In this document: positions 50,929 through 63,999 of the stretch, in pieces
Position numbering within the stretch: the stretch's first letter is position 1
How the letters are laid out: each line of letters opens with the position of its first letter
Assembly: GCA_964016885.1 (NCBI GenBank)
Contig: OZ024743.1
Location: 311,922,001-311,986,000, forward strand
DNA from: Eledone cirrhosa
Lineage: Eukaryota
Direction: 5' to 3'
DNA length: 64,000 bases
Translations under genes and position numbers: made by a program
Notes under the pieces: generated by a model
The model's database searches: none
Told to the model about the DNA's origin: nothing
The model's input: the letters and a program-made list of their open reading frames with translations, nothing else

Positions 50929-52432
50929 CGACCACCCTTCCCCAACTAACATACTAACATCCCTCCATTCTTCTCCCCCCTCTCCTTATCACACGCACAC
51001 ATCCACCGGTACATATATACACGCGCTCACACTAAACACACACCCTACTACCACCACTAACCCTCACCTCCACAACATCCACCCCACCACCCCGCAACTA
51101 ACATCACTAACACTCCCCGACCCCACGCACACGAACACACACACCCACTTACACCACCCACTCTACACGCAACTAACATCACTAACACCCCCAACCCTAC
51201 GCACACGAACACACGCACCCTCTTACACCACCCACTCTACACACCCTACCACCACTGACCCCTGCATTCAACCCTTTCCCCACCTCCAGTATACTAACAG
51301 CCACTAACACCCCCTTCACCACACACACACTCATCCAAACACGCACACACACACCAGTACACTACACTTCCTCCACCGGCCCCCACACCCTTCTCTCCCC
51401 GCTCCACCCACACCCTTTCTCACACACACACACATCCCACTAACACCTCTACTAATACACACACACCCCCTCGCACTCCAACTTTCACACCTACCCATCC
51501 TCTCCCCTGTCCACCGCACCTCCGCACACACTGACACACGACTTGCTTCACTTACCATTCTACTCGACTGCTGCTATGCCCTTATCTCTGACCACCTCCC
51601 CGCACACACAGACACACAACCCTCCTCCTGCCTTGACCCTCTGACCACTTCCTGTTGCGCGCGCACCCCACATCTCCCCTCTTCCGACCAACCACGGATT
51701 ACACATATTGAACATCGATCCCTAGAATCCACCACATCCCAAGGATATTACCCAGCATTCCACCACATCCTCTACGGAACTACCTTAAGGACTCACCCAC
51801 TGACATACACTAAAAAAAAATTTTTCCCACACGCCACCTACATCCACAACACGCATAAACACCACACACACACGTGCGTACCACCACATATTTACACACT
51901 CAGCCTCCGGAATCCTCTCCCCCCACCCCTTCTGACCCCTCCCCATCCACACACGCACACACACTCCGACCTACACCCCACCCCACACACACACCTCTTC
52001 CTGAACATGCAACCCCGTTCTTCCCCCAACTCTTACTTTCACATACACACACACACACAGTACACCTACACACACACACCACCTTCAGCCCTCCCCGCTC
52101 GGACACCCCACCTCCCTCTCCACACTCCATCCGCCACCATCCCTACACGCCCCACACCCTTCCACCACCTGTTTTACTTCATGTTTATTTTTATTTTTAT
52201 TATGCTTTTATATTTAATTTCATTTGTACCGTTTCCTCTCACCCCCTTTTTTCTATATGTCTCTCCACCACTCCCCTACACACCCTTGGAACTCTCTTCC
52301 CACACACTTTTCACCTGAAGAAGGGCTTATGCTCGAAACGTCGTTCCCCACCACCACCCCACTCTCAAGAGCGTGAAACTAATAAACCTTTGTTCGTACT
52401 GCTTCTCTGTTTTGTTCCCGTTCAATTTTTTA
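50883..52432 (+). mobile_element. Putative non-autonomous Penelope-like element (C/A-rich body, hammerhead motif and AATAAA at the 3' end), between (TA)n tracts
   Basis: Extreme C/A skew, an internal ~75-bp tandem duplication (~51093-51242), a minimal hammerhead motif at 52312-52344, AATAAA at 52381 and (TA)n on both sides. No clear ORF. Confidence 0.5.
52312..52344 (+). ncRNA. Minimal hammerhead-ribozyme-like motif
   Basis: CAC-CUGAAGA-A-GGGC-UUAU-GCUC-GAAAC-GUC-GU. Both core boxes are present, with a 4-bp stem II, an ACGU palindrome as stem III and a GUC triplet; stem I is weak. Confidence 0.6.
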
Positions 52433-52441
52433 CTATATATA

Positions 52442-52473
<32 letters not shown>

Positions 52474-52780
52474 CATAAAACATGTCTATAGAATCACAAG
52501 ATAAAATATATACCATTTCCTCTCCCAATTAGCATAATTAACTATATAAAAAAACCAATAGACCAGGCTATAAGAATGAGGCTTCTATGAAGAAATCTTC
52601 AACAAATAACCGAAACTAATCCTTCGCGTCGGCCGCAACGGAATATTTATCGAATATTTCGACAGCGTAATCGCCCAGATACAGTCAACTAAACAGAATT
52701 AGGTGTAAAATAAACTAGGAGAAAATAGAATACATTTAAATACCTCTACCAGGGTTTAGTCCGCATTTTGAGCTTTCCAA

Positions 52781-52820
<40 letters not shown>

Positions 52821-52823
<3 letters not shown>

Positions 52824-55800
52824 TCATCATCATCATCTTCGTTTAAGGTCCATCTTCCACGCTACCATGGGTTAGATGGGAGTTGATCCACTTGAGGCAA
52901 GGTTGGTCGGGTGACCGTGTCTCGCTCATATAGGACTATCTGGCAGGTTTTCTACGGCTGGATGCCCTTCCTAACACCAACCACATTTACAGTGTGGAAC
53001 TGGGAACTTTTTACCGTGTTACTTACACAGCCACATTGCAGCGTAGACTGTGTTTTTTTTCTCGTGACACCTACACGATCTCGATCTCATTATCTCATTT
53101 ATTTGGACTGGATGTTGTGGTACCAACTTTACAGAGAGAGGATGGTGTTGGTGGGAGTGGGAGGATAGGGTACGGGTAGTGGATTGGGGTGTATATTTGG
53201 TTAAGAGGTGCCTACTGACTGTAGGTTTCGCTTTGTACATAGGCAAGTATTACTGCGTAGCGCCAAAGATCTCGGTCCAGTGACATTGTCTTAGAGAGGT
53301 GCAAGTGTGTAAGGTCTGAATTTATCAGATCGTCCCAGGTTTTTCTGGGTCTACCTACTCCGTAACTACGATCAATTTTGATCACCCTGCACTTTTTTAT
53401 ACAGCTGTCGTCTTTCATGCGCATCACGTGGCCATACCAACGTAGTCTTCTCTCAAGTAAACAGCATCTGGTCCCTCTTATTCCTAATTTCTCACTTAGT
53501 TCATTTATGCTTTGCCGTTCACGTATATTAATTACTATTACACATCCAACGGAGTATGCATGCTTCGTTCCTTTCCAGTCTGCGCAGGTCCTCTGCACGT
53601 AATGCCCATGTCTCACTGCCATGTAGCATTGCTGTTCGTATACAGGCATCATACAATCTACCTTTCATTTTTAGAGAGAAATCTTTCATGGCCAACAGCG
53701 GTATAAGCTCTCTGAACTTTTTCCATCCCGTTCTGACTCTGGCCACTGTACTTTCAGAACACCCTCCACCACTGCTGATTTCGTCACCAAGGTAACGGAA
53801 AGTGTCTACTATTTCTATAGAACCATCTGGGCAATAGAAGGAGCTAGTATCCTGTGGACACTTGCTACCTATTGCACCTGAGCATCGGCCACATATAAAG
53901 TCTACATTCTTAGATAGTTTACCTGTGATCCCACTACATCTTTTATGTACCCATACTTTGCATTTGGGACATAAAATTGAATTTCTGCCTACTCCTTTCC
54001 TACACACTGAGCATGGCCATTTCCCTGAGGGTACATGTGCCTTATTTTCCTTTCTACAAACTAGGACTTTAGTCTTAGACAAGATAACTTTAAGGCCTTT
54101 TGATTCTAGGCCATGCTTCCATGTTTGAAATTTCTTCTCTAGTTCAGCCATTGATTCAGCTATGAGCGTTAGATCATCTGCGTATAGGAGTTCCGATGGG
54201 CAGCCGGTTTTGAACTCCTCTGTTATAGCCTGAAGGGCAATAATAAATAGGAGGGGGAGCTAAGGACAGAGCCTTGGTGAACACCAACTTTTACACTAAA
54301 TTCTTCACAATATTCATTGTTAATTCTAACCTTACTGACTGTTTCATTATACATAGCTTGTATAGCTCTCACAAGCCATTCATCTACACCTAGTTTTCTA
54401 AGAGCCCACCAGATAATGGAGCGGGAACTCTGTCAAAGGCTTTCTCCAGGTCTACAAAAGCTAAGTAGGGGGGTTTACTTTTAGCTAGGTACTTCTCTTG
54501 TAGTTGTCATACAAGGAAAAGAGCGTCTGTGGTACTTTTACCTGACACAAACCCAAACTGCATTTCATCTAGATCAATTCGCTCTCTGATTAGTTGCACT
54601 ATAACTCTTTCTGTGACCTTCATGACCTGGTCAACTAACTTAATACCTCTATAGTTTCCTCTATCTAGAGCATCTCCCTTGTAGCAGTTAATGATGATGC
54701 TGCTACGCCAGTCTTTTGGTATGACCCCGTTCTGTATTACTTGGTTAACTATACGGGTGACCATAGTATGTCCCACCATTCCAGATGCCTTCAACATCTC
54801 AGCAACTATCTCCGAAGGCCCAGCTGCCTCGCTTGTCTTCATATCTTTGATTGCCTTACTTATTATACTACCTTTGCACCGCTGGTCCTTCTATTGGATC
54901 GATTTGGGGCAGACTATCTTTTTCCCACTTATTCTCTAGTGACACTTCCAGGCTATCTTCTTATCAGCATCAGTGAGGGAAAGTACACCGTTATCATTAC
55001 GGACACACTTCTCCCCGACAATATCACGGTTTTCCTCGACACATTGTCTAGCAATCCTGAACACCTCACGTTTTTGGTCCTCGTGTTGTAGAACATGCTT
55101 CTCTTTTTGCAAGGTACACTTGTCTCCTAGCTTCTCTCCTGGCCACTTGATAGTGCTCTCTACTTCTCCCATCCTGCCATACTTTCCAAGCCTGCTTTTT
55201 GGCCTTGATTGTCTCTTCTACCTTACTGTTCCACCACCAAGTTACTCTCCTCCTGCCAATAGGTCTGCTCCAGCCACAGATTTCATTCGTTGCTTTCAGC
55301 AGGTTCACTTTCAAGAATTGCCACTGTTCCTCTATATCGCACGTCTCTAATTGCTCTTCCTTATTGTCAAAGGCATCAAGTAATAAGCTTTTAAATTTCA
55401 CACTGGCTATGGGGTCCTTCAACTTCCATATTCTTCTCCTCAATGTAGGCCTCCTCTGTCGTCGAGTACGTATATTCCTGACTATGGGGTCACTAACTAC
55501 TAGGCTATGTTGGGAGGTGCATTATTCACGGGGGAGGGATTTAGTGTTTACAACAGACACTTTGTCCCGTCTTCTAGTAAGGATATAATCTATCTGGCTG
55601 GCGTGTTCCCCTGGTCTATAGGTGATCAAGTGGTTTTCACGTTTTTTTAAGTTTGTGTTACAGATAGTTAGGTTATTGGCGTCACAGAATTCCAGCATTC
55701 AGAAGTCTTCCTCATTTCTATTTCCAACCCCATAGCCTCCATGGATTCCATCATAGCCATCACTATGTTGTCCAACGTGGCCGTTTAGATCGCCAGCAAT

Positions 55801-56192
55801 AATTACGTAGTCACTGTCGGTTATTTGGGAGGTAGTGTGCATTAGCGTCTCATAGAACCTGTCCTTTATAACGTCAGGTAGACCAGATTGGAGTGCATAA
55901 GCGGATATTATTGTCACAGTAGCCTTATTTTAATTATTCTGTCATTTACTCTATTTACGTCAATTACCTTATCTACCAATTTTTCTGCTAACATAATTCC
56001 TACACCACCCTGTCCGTTGTCATTACACACCCAGAATAGTTTATAGCATCGTTTTTTACCCACGATGAATCTGGGGGACCTCCCCCCTCTCCACCTAGTC
56101 TCTTGAATACAACAAACATCAACTTCTTTACGTTCAAGCATCTCTACAACCTCATTTGAGCGACCTTTCAATGTACCTACGTTCATGGTACT
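52821..56192 (-). mobile_element. RTE-clade LINE, nearly complete ORF (APE + RT + PHD), frameshifted
   Basis: APE motifs MNVGTLKGR..CIQETRW, ISAYA.Q and AGDLNGHVG; RT motifs NYRGIKL, QFGFV.GKSTTDA, AFVDLEKAFD, GVHQGS and LLYADD (54171-54190); C-terminal RLRWYGHV and GRPRKTW; 3' UTR with a (GAT)n tail next to (TA)n. Multiple frameshifts. Confidence 0.92.
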
Positions 56193-57199
56193 ATAACAGG
56201 ACACTGTGTTGTATGTACAATATTTATTTACGAAGATTAAGCTGAGTAGAGCTGAATAGCTGACATGCCAAGAGAGATGAAAGAACAAATTAAGGATTTC
56301 AGAAGACACGGTCCACTGGCTGAAGTGTTGCCAGGCCGTGGTTAAGTTGTTGTGTTACATGTTGGCTAGTGATTTCACGACGAAAGAAAGTTAGGTGTTT
56401 ACCTTTTCACAGTCAGGAAGCGAGAGGCTGATTCTTCAAATCAACGCGGGAACTTTTCCCTCAGGGCGCGTAGAGATACATTCTTTTCTACTGGCGCTGA
56501 TTGGCTGAGCTGATCCAAATCACGCACAGAGAAAGTATGTGAGCCCGCGGAATGTAGGTCACTACAGTACCAACTCTGAAGTTGGGAGGGTGGGATGGAT
56601 AGGTTGGAGGGGCAGAGAGGGGTGTGGGAGACGGAATTATGTTGGTCAGTAACCGGGGCGGTAGCTTTGTTATACCGATTTGTTAGGGAACTTACTAAAG
56701 CCGCTGAGTTATGATTGGACCATATAGCAATGATGGTGTTTAAGGGTGGGGGGGTGGGAAATGGGTGACTTTAGGAGAAGGTTAGTTTTTAGGAAGGGTC
56801 CAACAGAATGAGACAAATTATTAAAATCATGTAAAATATTAATTGAAACTCCGAGCGAAACAAACGGGGAATTTGAATTTTAGACTGGCATAACTAAGAG
56901 TTTAAAACACTGCTCATTGGGAAGACTACGGATAATAGAAAGACAATTAATTTGCTTACATTCTCAAAATCAACAGATCGCCTGTAAGATAATTTAGATA
57001 GATAAATTCTGTCCTTGGGAACCAGCAAGATTTATTTTATACTTGTGTATGAGAGAAGGAGCAAAGTGTTTACAAAGTTAGCGAGCGAGTTGCAGGAAGG
57101 TTCTAGAATAATTAATTAATAATAATAGAAGGTTAGTTTTTAGGAATGAGACAAATTATTAAAAACATGTAAAATATTAATTGAAATTCAGAGAGAAAC

Positions 57200-57414
57200 A
57201 ATATATATATCATCATCATCATTTTACATCCGCTTTTCCCTGCTTGCAGGGATATATATATATTATATATACATATATTATTTATTTATATATAAATATA
57301 TTATATATATATATATATATATTATTTATATATACATATATATATTATATATATATTATTTATATATACATATATTATATATATAGAATTAATATATATA
57401 TTTCTATATATATT
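57200..57414. repeat. Degenerate (TA)n tract with a ~40-bp RTE-type tail on the minus strand
   Basis: CATCATCATCATTTTACATCCGCTTTTCCCTGCTTGCAGGG at ~57211-57251. Confidence 0.75.
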
Positions 57415-58210
<796 letters not shown>

Positions 58211-58254
58211 AAGTTAAATAAAAGTCAAATGATTAAAATTTAGCTTCGTTTATT

Positions 58255-58309
58255 ACTGCTATATATATTTCAGTGACAGCCATCTTTGGCTGTGACCTCT
58301 TCAGGCAGT
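58255..58309 (-). ncRNA. Type I minimal hammerhead ribozyme (left pseudo-LTR copy)
   Basis: Exact reverse complement of 60543-60597. Confidence 0.85.
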
Positions 58310-59514
58310 TTGAATTAGTATGGTATAGACAAGTACATATGTTGTTTAGGTGTATGATATTGTCAATACTCTGATATTCCCAGTTCCTTGTTGGGTTGTT
58401 AATTCACTGGGGAACTGGAGTCATATGAATTCAAACAAACGAATTTTCGTGTCACAGGTCCCCTTCTCCTCTCATTGGTCAGTTATTAGAACATTCTTCA
58501 TTCTAAGTGTTGTTATTGTTGGAGTTAGCTTAAAAAATGATAAAATGGTAGAAGGGACAAGGTGTTGAAGGAACAAAATATCAAAAAATGTGTCAAACTT
58601 CCCATTGTTCAGTTCTTAGAGCATTCCTCAGTCAGAAGTCTATAGAATTCTTTCTGGGGTGAGGCTCCCTGTAGTGTTTTTGCCTGCTATTGTTCAGTAC
58701 ATTTGACCTCCGCCATTATTTTGGTACTGTTGTTGTTGTAGTGGTCAGCTTATATCTTACTGCTGCTAACAATTTAGAAGTATCCAGTTTGTTTGTGTTT
58801 TCTCTTCCTCCCACCCGCCACCATCGTAGTGGTGGTGGTGGGGGGGGGGGGTTCTTTCATGTATATGAAGAAATATAAGGCAATAAATGAAGAAAACAGA
58901 AAATAAATAAATAATATAATAAAATAAAATAATTAATATAATTTGTGTAATTTGAAAATAAATAAATAAATAGAGAATAAAGAATAAAGAGTAAATGAGA
59001 GATTGGTGAAAAGGTAATGATAATGTATATGGAGAAGTGAGAAATAATGTAGGATAAAGTGTGTGTGTGTGTGCTATAACCAATCTCAAGGTCAGATATG
59101 TTGGATAGATTGGTATGATACAAGATGTTAAGATGAGATATTCAATGTGTTTGTGTTATAATCTATCTCAACTTAAAATAAATATAAGGTGATACAGTGA
59201 AGAGGGCAGAAAACAAATAACAAATTAATAAAGAGAAATCAAGATTTAAGATTGGAACTTTAAAGTCAGAAATCTGGTAAATTAAAAGTGTTTGTGTTAT
59301 AGATGTTGGCCAGATTATTATGGCTGTGTCCGATTCTATCTCTAGGCTATCATGGTGTCTGCTCCGCCTGGGTTGTTCCCTATGGCTTGAGGGGAGTTCA
59401 CAACCTAGGGTGTTGTAATTGCCCATATAGCTTGAGGGAGGTCTGGCCGAGAGGTGTTTTCATGTTCTGTAGAAGTCCCTATAGCTTGAGGGGAGTTCAC
59501 ATCTTCTTGTGTTG

Positions 59515-59993
59515 CTACTGTCCATATATTTTGAGAAAGGTCCCGGCTCTAAGGTGTCTGCATGTCCCGAAGAAGTCGGTTCTGAGGTTTATCAGGCCGC
59601 TTCCACCTCTTAGTATCTCGAGGGTCTCGTTCAGGCATAGTTTGCATATGCAAGATCCCCCTTTATCGGGTGGTACTTTCCTGATTATGTACCATGCCAG
59701 AGAGTATGGGGTCCTGTCCAGCTTAAGCTTCCAGATCAGGTCGGAGAGAGCTGTGCTTTTCCTTTTGGCCTCCTTCTTGAATGAATGGCGATGGTTGTAC
59801 CAGCGGTCCTTAAAGCTCGTTGATGTGGCTCCTATGTAGAGGTGTTCGGAGTTGGGGGTTTTAACCCTACAACCGTACACTATGTTCTTCTTGAGACATT
59901 CATTACCAAGGGGGCATGATTCGGGGTTTCTACAGTTGCAGAGGGTGGTCGGCCTCTGCGTGCCTAGATTAGGGTTCTCATTAACACATAATG
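59515..59993 (-). pseudogene. GIY-YIG endonuclease domain of a Penelope-like ORF (C-terminal remnant, open frame)
   Basis: Reads CNCRNPESCPLGNECLKKNIVYGCRV...YIGATSTSFKDRWYNHRHSF...STALSDLIW...CKLCLNE. The N-terminal part of ORF 59515-60162 is read-through from the inverted arm. Confidence 0.88.
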
Positions 59994-60542
59994 AGAACCC
60001 CCCACCACCACCACCACCACCACTACGATGGTGGCGGGTGGGAGGAAGAGAAAACACAAACAAACTGGATACTTCTAAATTGTTAGCAGCAGCAAGATAT
60101 AAGCTGACCACTACAACAACAACAGTACCAAAATAATGGTGGAGGTCAAATGTACTGAACAATAGCAGGCAAAAACACTACAGGGAGCCTCACCCCAGAA
60201 AGAATTCTATAGACTTCTGACTGAGGAATGCTCTAAGAACTGAACAATGGGAAGTTTGACACATTTTTTGATATTTTGTTCCTTCAACACCTTGTCCCTT
60301 CTACCATTTTATCAATTTTTAAGCTAACTCCAACAATAACAACACTTAGAATGAAGAATGTTCTAATAACTGACCAATGAGAGGAGAAGGGGACCTGTGA
60401 CACGAAAATTCGTTTGTTTGAATTCATATGACTCCAGTTCCCCAGTGAATTAACAACCCAACAAGGAACTGGGCATATCAGAGTATTGACAATATCATAC
60501 ACCTAAACAACATATGTACTTGTCTATACCATACTAATTCAA

Positions 60543-60597
60543 ACTGCCTGAAGAGGTCACAGCCAAAGATGGCTGTCACTGAAATATATATAGCAGT
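60543..60597 (+). ncRNA. Type I minimal hammerhead ribozyme (right pseudo-LTR copy)
   Basis: ACUGC-CUGAAGA-GGU-c-ACAGCCA-aaga-UGGCUGU-c-ACU-GAAAUAUAUAUA-GCAGU. Stem I is a perfect 5 bp, stem II has 10 bp, stem III is the palindrome AUAUAUAU, and the triplet is AUA. AATAAA follows immediately (60598-60603). Confidence 0.85.
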
Positions 60598-61106
60598 AAT
60601 AAACGAAGCTAAATTTTAATCATTTGACTTTTATTTAACTTTATTTTACACTACTCCGGAGTAACCAAACCAACCTGCGCACTTCGTCGAGTGCTCCAGC
60701 CTGCATACTGAGGTGTTGGTATACAACCAACATAAACTCAAAATCTATATATATATATATATATATGCTCTTTTTCATAAAAGTTTATTCACCCTTCTTA
60801 TTGAAGGTATACATGCATAAAGATAGTTCTAATATCTATCTATCTATCAATCTATTTATCTATCTATCTCTAGAAATATATCTATCTATCTCTCTTTCTC
60901 TCTGACACGTGCAACATCGCCGGTAAGAATTTTTGTAAATTTATATACGAAAAACAGAACAAATTGTTTGAAAAAACATATTATTTTGTAGATTAACTCC
61001 CAAGCTGAATTGTCAGCTGGGAGGCAATCCTATTTTTCGCCCCTTTAGGGGCGAAAATTAAATTTAAAAATTGTTTGAAAATATCAAATTTTGCCAACTA
61101 TAAAAC

Positions 61107-62989
61107 ATGAATAACACGGAAAACACGCTGGAGAACGTCTACAGAGAAAAGAGAGAGAAAGAGGCAGATTTTAACGTTATATCTGCTTTTGCTACTATGG
61201 ACGCCGACATAGATACGACTGTCAACAAAGGGAAAAAATATTGCCACTTGAAGATTGTACAATTTCTACCGTCGAAGCGGAGAGAAATGAAAACTCAGGA
61301 ATTAAACCCATTAACATACATACACATGAAAAAGTCAACATCAACAACTCCACAGATACATCTACACATAAAGTTTCACCTCGTCAAGGAACTGAGATTT
61401 CCAACACCGAGGCTAACAACGATAACAACAACAACACCACCACACAAAAAAAAATGCCTTTCGCTGAAACAGTGAACAAAAAACAAGATTTTATAAATCT
61501 TGACATCTCCAATGCAAGAGATATGCTCCAGCAAGGGAGAAAATTTGTAACTTTCGAAGAGAAGGGTGGGTTTAGAATTAACTCACCCCTTGAAATAAAA
61601 GAAGACGCAGTTCGAAGGACAGTGATCTTTAGGACTGTATTCAATACCACGAGAAAGCAGATATTTGTTAGTCAAATAGATATAGAAGCTACTTTCAAGG
61701 AAATTCTAGCAAATATCGACTTTCTCCAACGAGGAAAACAGTACGGAAGTGTTTCCGTACTGTTTAAAATCGAGGCACTCGCCCCAAAACATTCTGTGAC
61801 ACCAATAGTGTCAAAATCATTCACCTTTTTCCCTACATACATGGGAAAAAGGACATAAAAAATAAAAATAAAAAATATACCCCGAAACATTAACATCTGG
61901 TGGATCTTGGCTGGCTTCGTAGAGACAGAAACTGATATGATTCTTTCGATACGAAAGTCTATTCGACAAAGGTGGGCGGGTACTGATTTGGAGATTATGT
62001 TGCAAATGAGGCCGGAGAGAATCTCCAAAATACCCGAAAGAGTCGTCATCGACGACAACAACAAAATAAACATGTCGGTAGAAGGACGAAAAATTCATTG
62101 CTTTCGCTGTGGTAGCACAGCACACCTAAAAGCCTCCTGTCCTTCACAAACACACCACTACAAGATCATTAAAAAACACTATTACCAATACCAACACCAA
62201 AACAACTGCCACCACCACTACAAGTACGACGACAGACGAAATGAGCAACCACACCAAAACAAACAGCCACTCAACCAACAACAACAGAAAAATCAGAGAC
62301 AACACCCCTGAAGAACACAGCCCCATCCCATCCCACTCCATCAAACACTACCACAAACACACACACCGAAACACTACCACCACACTCCTGACGATGATTA
62401 TTCATCGACGGATGAAGCTGCTTCTCCTTCTTTAAGTGAAGAAGAGGGAGAGCCGCGGAAATCTAAAAAACAAAAAAAGAGACACCACAAAACCCCCAAA
62501 ACTCCAATCACCAACACCAACACCAACACCAACACACAACCACAAACAACAACACAAACAACACCACAGTCAAACATCCCCCTACCAGCAAAACCAACAC
62601 CAACACCACCCCAAACACAAGCACTCGCCATAAAAAGAAAACTCCCAGACGAGCAACAAACTAAAACAACACAACAAAAACACAAACAGCAATACGCATA
62701 TATCAACACAAACAACAAGAGTTTGATGGAGGTCATCTCCCAAAACCCCAAGGTGGAGACGGAGGGCAAAACTTTCGTCAAGGCAGAATCGTCTCCACAC
62801 CTTAAACTTATAAGGGTTTCTATGGAAACCTATAATGACCTGAAAAATAAATGTTCACAGGACGTGGGCAACCCCTGTCAGAAACCCATCAACCGCGTCC
62901 TGTTAAAATGTTTCCCCACCCCACCCAACACCCCATCCAGCACCCAAATGGAGATTGAACAACCCGATCTCCAGGAAACGAAAAGGTAA
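61107..62989 (+). pseudogene. LINE ORF1 (gag-like, CCHC zinc knuckle), disrupted by frameshifts/stops
   Basis: Pieces 61241-61858, 61907-62311 (VEGRKIHCFRCGSTAHLKASC) and 62723-62989, with a Thr/Pro/Gln-rich low-complexity C-terminal half. Confidence 0.7.
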
Positions 62990-63030
62990 GTGCACCTTTC
63001 GTCCTTTTTCGCCAACTCTTCTTCACCAAC

Positions 63031-63999
63031 ATGGCTAGTTTACGAGTTGGAAGCATGAATGTGCGTGGCCTAGGGATGCCCTTGAAACAGGGCCAACTTT
63101 TAAACGACCTTAGGTCACACGGTATGGATGTGATAGCCATCACCGAGTCCAGGATCCACAACAGGCAGCAAGTAACCCCCATCTCCGACGACTTTGAGAT
63201 CTACGCATCTCACTGTCAGCCAGGGGGTGGAGGGGGAGTGGCTGTCATGTTTCGGAAGAACCTGGACGTCGAAGTACAGCAAGTACACTTGGACCCGGAG
63301 GGTAGACTGGTAGTCCTAGACGTGAACAGTATTGGAGGTGGAGCCTTCAGACTGGTGGCCACTTATGCCCCGACCGGGCAATCGCAATCACAGCCAGACT
63401 TCTTTAAGCATCTAGAGTATTTTCTGGGAACGTCTCGCTCTTCACTTTTAGTGGGGGACTGGAATGGTATCCTAAATGCACGATGGGACTATGTGGGAGC
63501 ATGTCCCAGTAGAGGGGGGTGTAACAGCCTCAAAACTTTAATCGGCCAATTCCAACTGGCTGATAGGTATCGACTGGATTTCCCGACTGCACCACAGTGG
63601 ACGTGGGCAAACCGCAGAGGGACATCTAGATCGTATTTAGATAGGTTCTTCATTAGAGAAAGGGACAAGGAGATGTTAAGCTGTCCACGAATGCACATGG
63701 TTGCCTATTCAGATCACAAATTAGTCGTCTGCTTAGTCAACCGTGATAGAACACATAGACAAGGACCCGGATACTGGAAGCTGAACGTGTCGTTGCCGGC
63801 ACGTAAAGCTTACAGTGAACAGATAAGTAGACTAGTCAAGCAACAGTTAACGGGAGCCATCGTCAACAATAAATGGTGGTACTCTCTCAAGAAAGCAATT
63901 AGAATAGAATCGATAGGGTTTCGCAAAGAGTTAGCCTTAGAGAAAAACAAAATAGAAAGAGAACTAATAGCCAAGGTAGAGGAGGCACTTAGAAGTGGC
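63031..63999 (+). CDS. LINE ORF2 N-terminus (APE endonuclease), open to window end; absent from the ORF track
   Basis: ATG at 63031: MASLRVGSMNVRGL...VIAITES...GGVAVMF...DPEGRLVVLD...YAPTG...LVGDWNG...WTW...SYLDRFF...SDHKLV...GPGYWKLN. No stop seen in 323 codons. Confidence 0.9.
   Translation, partial: MASLRVGSMNVRGLGMPLKQGQLLNDLRSHGMDVIAITESRIHNRQQVTPISDDFEIYASHCQPGGGGGVAVMFRKNLDVEVQQVHLDPEGRLVVLDVNSIGGGAFRLVATYAPTGQSQSQPDFFKHLEYFLGTSRSSLLVGDWNGILNARWDYVGACPSRGGCNSLKTLIGQFQLADRYRLDFPTAPQWTWANRRGTSRSYLDRFFIRERDKEMLSCPRMHMVAYSDHKLVVCLVNRDRTHRQGPGYWKLNVSLPARKAYSEQISRLVKQQLTGAIVNNKWWYSLKKAIRIESIGFRKELALEKNKIERELIAKVEEALRSG

Noticed and set aside
51331-52491. ORFs of 75-205 aa rich in P/H/T or G/V/C
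   Set aside because: These are by-products of extreme C/A skew, which suppresses stops; no domain motifs are present.
52475-52780. CpG-containing segment as a promoter or first exon of a minus-strand gene
   Set aside because: A possible donor exists near 52513, but there is no convincing reading frame or partner exon, so it cannot be supported.
58350-60502. Mirror ORFs 58350-58568 / 60284-60502 and 58690-58878 as duplicated genes
   Set aside because: They lie within the inverted pseudo-LTR arms, antisense to the ribozyme and poly(A) orientation, and show no protein motifs.
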